Assembly (NCBI GenBank): GCA_021613535.1
Contig: CP075495.1
Span: forward strand, 1,488,001-1,552,000
Direction: 5' to 3'
From: Adineta vaga
Taxonomy: Eukaryota; Animalia; Rotifera
DNA length: 64,000 nt
The notes beneath the pieces were generated by a model that was not told where the DNA came from, did not search any database, and worked only from the letters and a program-made list of their open reading frames with translations. Below, one piece after another: positions 54,970 to 64,000 of the stretch (within the stretch, counting starts at the first letter, position 1; each line of letters opens with the position of its first letter). A program made the position numbers and the translations under genes.

Positions 54970-57272
54970 ATGAATAAAAAGATTCAAAAACTTGATGAAA
55001 CTGTTGTTAATCGTATTGCTGCTGGAGAAATTGTTGTTCGACCATGTGCAGCAATAAAAGAATTAGTTGAAAATAGTTTAGATGCTGGTGCACATACAAT
55101 ACAAATTCATGTTAAACAAGGAGGATTAAAATCAATTGAAATACGTGATGATGGATGTGGAATAGGTAAAGTTGATTTACCATTAGTTTGTGAACGTTTT
55201 GCCACATCGAAATTAAAGAATTTCGATGATTTATATCATCTAAATACTTATGGATTTCGTGGAGAAGCATTAGCTTCATTGAGTTATGCTGGACATGTGA
55301 AAATTGTTAGTAAAATAGCTGAAAGTCAATGTGCCTATATATGTGAATATGAAGATGGAAAAATTCGACCATCAACATCGATTAAACCTTGTGCAGGTAA
55401 GAAGATTTTAAAGAAAGAAAAAAAGAAATTTGTATCTTTCATATTTAGGTACAAATGGTACGTTAATTGTTATCGAAGATTTATTTTATAACAATCCAAT
55501 ACGTTTAAAAATGATGAAATCAGGATCAGAAGAATATACACGAATGGTTGATTGTGTAATGAAAATGGCTTTACGAAATACTCAAGTTTCATTTACACTT
55601 AAACGTGATACACAAATCGAACCAGATGTTCATACAATTGGAAAGGAAACAACAACTATTTTACATAATATGAAACTATTGTATGGTGCTGATATGGTTA
55701 AAGATATGTTTGAAACAATCATCAATGAAAATGATACACCCTATAAATTTCAATGTAAAGCATGTTTTACTGGAACCCAATATTCTGTTTGTATTCTATG
55801 TTTTATGGAGAAGAGAAGAGAAAAGAAAAGAATTGATTTCAATATTTTAGAGTTCATCGAAATCATCAACAAATTCTATGACATTCATTTTATTTATCAA
55901 TGGTCGATTAGTTGACTGTCAACCATTGAAAAAAGCGATTCAACAAATGTATGCTATTCTTATTAATAAACAAACATCACCATTTGTATATCTCGATTTA
56001 ATTATGGATCCAACTACATTAGATGTTAATATACATCCAAGTAAAAATGAAGTGAGATTTTTACATGCTGATCCAATTATTGTGGCAATTGTACAAGCTA
56101 TTGAACAGATTATTGTGACGAAGTCAGCTAAACAAACAACAACAACAACACAATTGACGTTTCATATGGTTAGTTTTGATTTTCATGTCGAAATTCATCG
56201 AAAATAGAATAGTATGACAGAGAGAAGAGAATGTTTCTATTTTAGACACCTACTTCAATGACTTTAGTACCACCTACACCAAAGGAATCAACTGAAACGG
56301 ATTCTACGTCAAAGAAATCCTTATCTGATTCAATATCTTCCAATTCAAAGAAATCATCCACTAGTTCAGATCCATCTCATACTGTTCGTACATCAAGTCG
56401 TGATCAAAAACTTGATAAACATCGTTATCATAATACATCAGTTATCGTACCAAAGAAAATCGTCAAATCCACTTCACTTATATCTCCATTAGCATCGATT
56501 GTATTTCCTCGTCAAATAAAATTAACATCAATTGAACTCTTACGACAATCCATCGAAGATGAATGTGATGCAGATCTATTAAATATCGTAAGAAATTTTG
56601 TTTACGTTGGAACTATTGATGGACAAACATCATTAATTCAACATGAAACACAATTATATCTTGTTCATACACGACATTTATCACAAGAATTATTCTATCA
56701 ATTATGTTTGTATCATTTCGGAAATATGGGTACTATTCGTCTTGAACCTCAACCACCATCTATTGAAGTAAATTTTTGTTTTTTATTGAATTTTTTAATT
56801 CTATTTTTATGATTAGGAACTTCTTCGTTTTGAAACAGATAATGAAGAAATTATCGAATATGTTATCGATCTTTTAAAAGAACGTCGTGAAATGTTAGAC
56901 GATTATTTTTCATTTCGTATTTCATCAATTGATCCAATCAATTTAGAAACATTACCTATTCTACTTGATACATATGTACCAAATCTTGATTATTTACCAC
57001 AATATCTTCTTCGTTTAAGTACAGAAATCAATTGGACTGATGAACGTGAATGTTTTCGAACATTTGCTGATGAATTATCGAAATTCTATTCATATCGTAT
57101 GCATATCTATTCGAAAGAAGATGGTGATAGTGAAGAAAAACAACATTGGGCTATTGAACATTTACTTTATCATGCGTTTAAATCAATGCTTGTGCCATCG
57201 AAACATTTACGACAAGCATTTGTTAAATTAACTGAAGTACAACAATTGTATAAAGTCTTTGAACGATGTTAA
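54970..57272 (+). CDS. MLH1: DNA mismatch repair protein MLH1
   Basis: [65 protein letters not shown]-terminal YKVFERC*; five exons. Confidence 0.98.
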
Positions 57273-57376
57273 TCGATATTTAGTTATTTTATATTGTATG
57301 GAAAATTTCTATTTTAAAAAATAATATAATCTCGAAGAAAAAAAAATGAAATAAATAGATTCGATTTTGCGACCAC

Positions 57377-60036
57377 TCAGAAGGATTGATCGTATCCATT
57401 TTCATAATCAAAATCTTGAAGAGAAGTCATCCAGCTATCGGAACCACCATTGCCACCAAGATGTAATTCTATGAGTGTCTGTATAAATGAATGATATTTA
57501 TCAAATATATGAAAATAAATGATTATACTTGATTCTGTTTTTGAACTGTTACTAATTGTTCTTCTGTTTCATGCTAATATAATTGCTTGAAAGTTTCAAT
57601 ATAGTGAGTGTCTGTCAAATGAAATTTATAGAAAAAAGAACGACATATGATATGTCATACTTTATTCTGTTGCAGAGCGTTGATGAAAGATTGTCCTCCT
57701 TCATCACCAATTTGATTCCCAGAAAGATTTAAAGTAGTAAGTATCTAATTAAAGTAAACGATAAACAATAATAAAACATGAAAAAAATTCATAAAATCAG
57801 TTTTTTATACATTGTTATTTGCAAGAGCATCTGCTATGTATTGTCCGCCTTGAGCTTCGATATTATTGTACTGAAGATGTAATGTTGTTAGTGTCTTTGA
57901 GAACAGCAAGTACATGGAAAAATAGAGTTAAAGATAATATAGATCAAATTACCTTGTTACATTGTAAAACATTAGCAAAGCAACGCGCTCCGGTAGTACC
58001 AATGCCACTTCTATCAATGTTAAGTATTTTGAGTGTCTGAGTTAAACAGATATAAAATTCTATAAGAAGAAGACTAATACAATGGAACTACTTTGTTTTG
58101 CTCGAGAATATTGGCTATATACTCTGCTCCTTGTGAATCGATCCAATTAAAGGATAGACTAAGTGAAGTGAGTGTCTGTATGATATAGAACATATTCAAT
58201 AGTATTAAATGATCAGCGTTGGGAAGTTTCCTACGTCATTTTGTTGTAAAGCATTGGCTAGATGTTGTGCTCCTTGATCAGTAATTTTATTACAACTAAG
58301 ATTCAATGTTGTAAGTGTCTATGTATAAAATGCAATCTATTATTGAACGAAAATAAAGTGTGATGTAATTGATATTACTCTGTTTTGTTGTAAGAGGTTA
58401 GCTAGATATTGTGCTGTTTCATCACCGATCTGATTGGCAGCAAAGGACAGTTCAATAAGTGTCTGCATACAAAATAGGAATTAATATGATCAGTGAAGAC
58501 GAAAGCTATACTATAGTTTGTTGTAAATCAATATCTAAATACTGGGCAATTGCATCTGAAAGTTGACTATGTGATAGATTTAGGTTAGTAAGTGTCTAAA
58601 TAAAATAATGAAGAGATAGTTCAATCGAATAAGTATTGATATAAGTTATCTAACTTTGTTTTCTCTTAAGGCATCCATGATATATTGTGCTCCTACATCA
58701 TTGATTTTATTGGATGAGACGTTTAATTCTTTGAGTGTCTACATTAACTAATTGAACAGTCATTACGATAATGTACGGTATGTTACTTGATTTCGTTTTA
58801 AAGCATTACTCAGATGAAGTGTACCGTGTGAACCTATTTGATTTTGAGAAATATCTAGAGTTACCAAGGTCTATATACAAAATAAGTTCAACATATAAGA
58901 ATAAGAAGAGATATCACCGTGTTTCGTTGCAAAGCATTCGCCAAATATTCTGCTCCGCTATCGTCAATCTGATTTGCACAGATATCTAAGGATGTGAGTG
59001 TCTGATTAAAATAGATAATAGACGATGAAATACAAATATTGATGTAACTTTGATTACATTATTTTCCTGCAGACCATTGGCTAGATATCGTGCTCCATGA
59101 GAACTGATTTGATTATTGCGAAGACAAAGTGTAGTGAGTGTCTTAAAGAGAAAGATGAACTCTCTATTACAAAGCAATACGTTTTTTTGTGATTTATATT
59201 ATACCATGTTGGATTGTAAAGCTCGAGCTAAATAATAAACACCATCATCGTCGATTGTATTGGAGGCGAGATCAAGTGAAACTAATGTCTGTATCAAATG
59301 GATAATATCTAATATAGTGAGAAAAGAAATCGATAGACAAAAATTACATTGTTTAGCTCTAAAGCATGGCCAAGATACTGTGCTCCATTTGTGCCGATTT
59401 TATTATCAGCGAGATTTAACCATCTGAGTGTCTGTATACGATAAGAAAATATAGTTAAATAAGAAGAATATTGTATTACTTTATTCTGTCGAAGTGCATT
59501 AGCTATATGTTCTGTTCCTTGAGAATTTATTTGATTCATGGAAAGATCTAATGTAGTCAGAGTCTATATACAGTAAAGAATACTCAAAGAAATTAGTCGA
59601 AAATTCATAACAATTATATTACATTGTTTTGTTGAAGAGTATTACCCAAATGTTGTGCTGCTATACAATCAATATTATTAGTTCTAAGACTTAATTTAAT
59701 GATTGTCTACATAAAATAGAAAAAAAAATCTATCTGAATTTAAAAGAAACTTTATTACATCATTGTCTTGTAAAGCCACGGCTAGTTGTTCTAATTTTTG
59801 TGGATTTAGTTGATAGGCATAAAATCTCAGCATAGTGAAAGTCTAAATTATGTTGTATTTTATGAGAGGTACACAAGATTAAAGACATTCATTACCTGAT
59901 ATCGATGATATGTATCTATAATCGTATTCAATCGTGTACAAATGTTGCGACATGATAAAATAATTGCTAATGGATCGAGTTGATCAAGAATTCGATATAC
60001 AATTTCAACTGGTAATGTATGAAGAAACAAAATCAT
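57377..60036 (-). CDS. F-box + RNI/NLRC3-like LRR protein, one 28-aa LRR per 84-bp exon
   Basis: LHTLPVEIVYRILDQLD F-box-like exon, then 17 phase-0 exons (TLTTLxLxxNxIxxxGAxxLAxALQxNx) and a terminal exon. Exon 57611-57529 is 83 nt (frameshift). Confidence 0.9.
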
Positions 60037-60336
60037 TTTATTCGAATGATATGTTATTTTGCTTTTCAATGACGAAAATATACTTAAATGACACGTGTTC
60101 ACTTTCCTATTCGTTCTGCTAGACGAATAGTAAAGAAAAATCAAAACTATAATCAATGACAAAGAGATCAAATTAGTTCGTTTTTCTTTTAACACAAAAT
60201 GACCTATTGTTCGAATGAAATGTAAACGATATCATAGTGATTTTAAGTGATGTTGATAACGCAAGTGTTTATAATGCTTGCGAGATTTTTCTTTTTCTTA
60301 TCAAACCATGACTTCATTCGTGGTTAGATTACAATC

Positions 60337-62559
60337 ATGAGTGAAGTGAAAATGAATACGTTGATCGAGGTAAATCATGAAAAAGAAGACAATATGTTTT
60401 CTCTATTAAAATTAACAAATTCTTTGCATGATCATCAAGAATTTCTTCCAATTACAATCTCATTCAATAATATTAATTATACGATTGGTAATAAAAATTC
60501 TAAGAATGAAAATTTATCTCGATGGGGTACAAAAATATTACCATTTTGGAAATCAACATCCTATAAACAAATACTAACCGATGTGTCGGGTCATTTTCAA
60601 CCAGGAATGAATGCTATTCTAGGTAAATTGATTTGAATCATTGAATTTAATGAGAATTTTATCGATCATCATAGGACCAACTGGTTGTGGTAAATCAACT
60701 TTACTCGATATACTTGCTGATCGAAAAGATAAATATGGTTTATCAGGAACTATTCTTGTTTCAGGTCAATCTCGTCCTTCTTATTTCAAATATGCCATTG
60801 GTTATGTTATTCAAGATGGTAAATAATTTTATTTTACTTTCATTTTGAAAAGAAATCTTTGTTTTTATTTTGATTCTTAAAGATATTATTAGTGAAACAT
60901 TGACTGTTCGAGAAAATCTTCTCTTTTCTGCCAATATTCGTTTACCATCTTCGATTCCAATGAAAGAACGAATCGAACGTGTTAATCAAATTATTCATGA
61001 TTTAGATCTTCAATCATGTGCTGACACATTAATTGGAACTGATTTTGCACGAGGAGTTTCCGGTGGAGAGAGGAAAAGAACAAGTATTGGAATGGAATTA
61101 GTTCTTTCACCTAATGTTCTCTTCTTAGATGAACCTACAACTGGTAAAATATTCCTAATTCTATTTCTAACATATGTTTATCAAGATTTCCAATAGGTCT
61201 TGATGCTTCAACAGCACAAAATGTGATGACTTATTTACATAGTTTATCCAGACAAGGAAGTGAGAATTTCTCGATCAATATACGATTATATTCTTTGATT
61301 TTTCTTCTTCTCTAGGAACGATTATTTTCTCTATACATCAACCACGTTATTCAATATTTAAATTATTCGATAGTGTTCTATTTCTTTCCGGAGGTTATAA
61401 TATCTATTTAGGTTCACCTCTCAATGTTTTATCTCATTTTGCTTCACTCGGTTTCATTTGTGAAGAACATAATAATCCTGCTGATTTTGTTCTTGATATT
61501 CTTATTGAATCAAGCAATCATTCATCATCCAAATTTCAAACTGCTTATCTTCAATCGAACGATAAAATAGAAGAAAATCAAAAAATCTCTCTTTTAAATT
61601 CTCATACGTCTCCAACGTATACAAATGAACTTTACTATGTCGCACAACGGACATTTTGTAACGCTCTACGTCATCCAGCATTAGCTATAACTCAAATTAT
61701 TAGTGTTATCATCTATGGTTTATTTACAGGTTTAATTTTCAATCAATTAGAACGAACAATTGATCCTGGAGTATACAATCGTTTTGGTGCAATATTTTTC
61801 ATTATTTCATGTCAAGCACTTGGTGCTATAAGTGCATTAGAACCATTGATAAAAGAACGTGCACTTTTTATTCATGTAGAAAGATTAAATAAGAATAATC
61901 TTCTACGAACTAATCTTGTATATGTTTTAGGAACATGTCAGTGGTTATTATCGTGTATCAAGTTTTTTTCTTGCGAAATTAATCATTGATCTTCCATTAG
62001 TACATATTATTCCTTGTTTAATTTATGCAACGATTACCTATTCATTAACGGATCTTCATCGATCAATTGATCGTTTTTGTTTTTTTATGTTAACGAATCT
62101 ATTGACGAAAATCTTCGGTTCAGCCATGTGTTATTTTGTTGCTGCAAGTACTTCATCATTTGGTAAAGTTTTTCTTGAAGATAGATAAAGAGATTTTCTC
62201 TGTTTATAGGTGTTGCACTTGTTATGGTTGTTGCTAGTTATGTAACAATGATGTTATTTAGTGGATTTCTTATTTCTCTTGAAAGTATTGCATCATTTCT
62301 TCGATGGATTCAATGGTTAAGTGTATTTCGTTATGCATCAAATGCTTTAGCAATCAATGAATTTCGAAATTTAACATTATGTTTAGCATCTCAATCGACT
62401 ATTTGTCTAACAAAAGGAGAAGATATTCTCACACATCGACAGATTCCACATACAACAACATGGCATCTTTGGCAAAATATAGTTGCATTAGTAATGATTA
62501 TTTTAACATTTTTTCTCATGGCTTATATTCAATTGTTACGTATGAAAAAATTTCAATAG
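60337..62559 (+). CDS. ABCG (ABCG2-like) half transporter
   Basis: GPTGCGKST, VSGGERKR, LFLDEPTT|GLDA, IIFSIHQPRY, HNNPADF, then the TM domain; seven exons. Confidence 0.95.
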
Positions 62560-62565
62560 GAAATA

Positions 62566-62829
62566 AAACAAAGTACGGAAACTTTGGATTTCATCCGAAA
62601 GTTATGTGTACTGCAAAAAGTGTATGAGAAAGATGAATCATGCTGAGATGTCTGTACATCAAAATTATCATGAAAAATCTTTTCAAATTCCACCGAGATA
62701 TTGATGAGACTGAACTGCGCAGAAAATTTCAACACGATCTGTCTTTTCTCTCGAAATTTATCGAGTAAACGGACGATCAGACACACTGATCGATTCTAGT
62801 TGTGCAATTACTTTTTGAGTACACTAAAA
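62566..62829 (-). mobile_element. Second HINE/DINE-1-like element, inserted just after the ABCG stop codon
   Basis: Minus strand starts TTTTAGTGTACTC; core matches 18034-18185; 3' CAGTACAC sub-TIR, hairpin AACTTTCGGAT-GAA-ATCCAAAGTT, then CTTTGTTTT. Confidence 0.72.
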
Positions 62830-63567
62830 CATCATATGTGCATTTTGGTTTTCTTCGTAAGTAAATAAAAAAGAATGTCCATGATTTTAGTAACAGAAAA
62901 AAAACAACAACGCGTTTCGCGGAAAAAGAAGTGCTTGAAATTTAAATGATTATCTGATTTTGGTTTTCGATAGTCTTGATTTAATACCGGAAGGGATCAT
63001 CAGAATCTCTATCAATTATGTTCATCCTACAATTGGATTTATCATTAACCAAGAAAATGCCTTGATGAAGACAGTTACATAGTAACATGAAAGTTTGTTG
63101 CGAATGAAGGATCTAAATCATCACTAAAACTCGTTGCCAATTAGTGAAACAATATACAAATTCATTAAGAAGATAGATTGAAAATGTAATATAATGAAAG
63201 AATCGTTTACAGATTTTTCTTTGAAAAAGAATCACTGACGTAATTTGCGTTGACAAAATCTTGAACTTCTATGACTAATTGGAAATTTCTCTTTATTCCC
63301 TTTTCATTCTACCTATAAATAGTATTAACAATCTTTGTGCACATAGAAAGACAAATCAATTCTTTTACTTCTTCACAATTGTTGAATGCGAGGGTAAATA
63401 TATAATTTCACGTGTTTCTGTCTGTCACAAAAAAAAGGTAAGACACGAAAACAAATGATAAATGTCTATTTACAATTATTCTTGTAGTTTCTAACTGTAA
63501 CAAGATTCACTTTATTCGCAAACAATCGATTATAGTTAATTATTTAAGGAAAAAAAACAAGCTAAAT

Positions 63568-64000
63568 ATGTCGAACTTACAATCAATAAAAATAGGCTGG
63601 TATGATAAAAACGTCTATAGCGAGGAAAATAAAGAATTATTGCATGCAATACGTGGAATTCATCATTGTATGGAGTTCGTAGATGAAACTGAATGTGAGA
63701 GATTCATTGGACGTGGAATTAATAATTCACAAAAATTTATTTTGATTATAAGTGGTGCCTTGGGTCAAAGTTTTGTTCCAACGATTAGTGATCGAAGAAA
63801 TATCTATTCAATCTACATCTATTGTGGAAATAAATCTTTTCATGAAACATGGACTGTACGGTATGGTTCGAAGGTAAAATATGCTCTCTAACATTTACCA
63901 TTTACCATTTATCTTATCTCAATTTAGGTTAAAGTGACAAATTCACCTACGGAACTTGTCGAGAAAATTAAAGCAGATATCAAGGCATTGACAAGTACGA
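63568..64000 (+). CDS. 5' part of a gene with an N-terminal domain I recall as expanded in bdelloids, often preceding TPR/ADP-ribosyltransferase domains; runs off the window
   Basis: IGWYDKN..ECERFI..KFILIISGALGQSFVPTI..IYSIYIYCGNKSFHETW..SK|VKV; intron 63873-63927. Downstream domains are not visible. Confidence 0.65.

Noticed and set aside
57377-59842. ~140-bp periodic 'gagtgtct' repeats resembling a CRISPR array
   Set aside because: These are splice acceptors plus Thr-Leu codons of LRR exons; eukaryotic context and no cas genes.

Overview
Gene-dense, very AT-rich eukaryotic DNA with short (~50-60 nt) GT-AG introns. The gene content and a (TGTGGG)n tract point to a bdelloid rotifer, probably Adineta (inference). 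I reconstructed about 21 spliced genes by hand. Conserved animal genes: fzr/Cdh1, TRAF, unc-13, cyclin T/K-like, tubby-like, MRPS10, otoferlin-like ferlin, ataxin-10-like, MLH1, ABCG half-transporter and a 6-LIM protein. Apparently foreign, intron-bearing genes: a fungal-type GH55 beta-1,3-glucanase fused to a Cys-rich module, a beta-lactamase-family serine hydrolase, YihY/BrkB and an intradiol dioxygenase. Probably lineage-expanded families: F-box/LRR, Ly6-like, and a partial gene at the right edge. Highlights: (1) a 1.1-kb non-coding, hairpin-rich element with head-to-head telomere-type repeats, inserted at a TA in the junction of a microhomology-bounded tandem duplication of an RBBP9 hydrolase; (2) the chimeric secreted GH55; (3) a ~7-kb cluster of foreign-looking enzymes including a signal-peptide RidA; (4) a probable ATXN10-MLH1 operon with a 56-nt spacer; (5) recurrent CTCF-like motifs at gene boundaries; (6) five small frameshifting deletions in four genes, most likely assembly errors. 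All exon chains and family calls come from manual reading and motif recognition, not from database searches.
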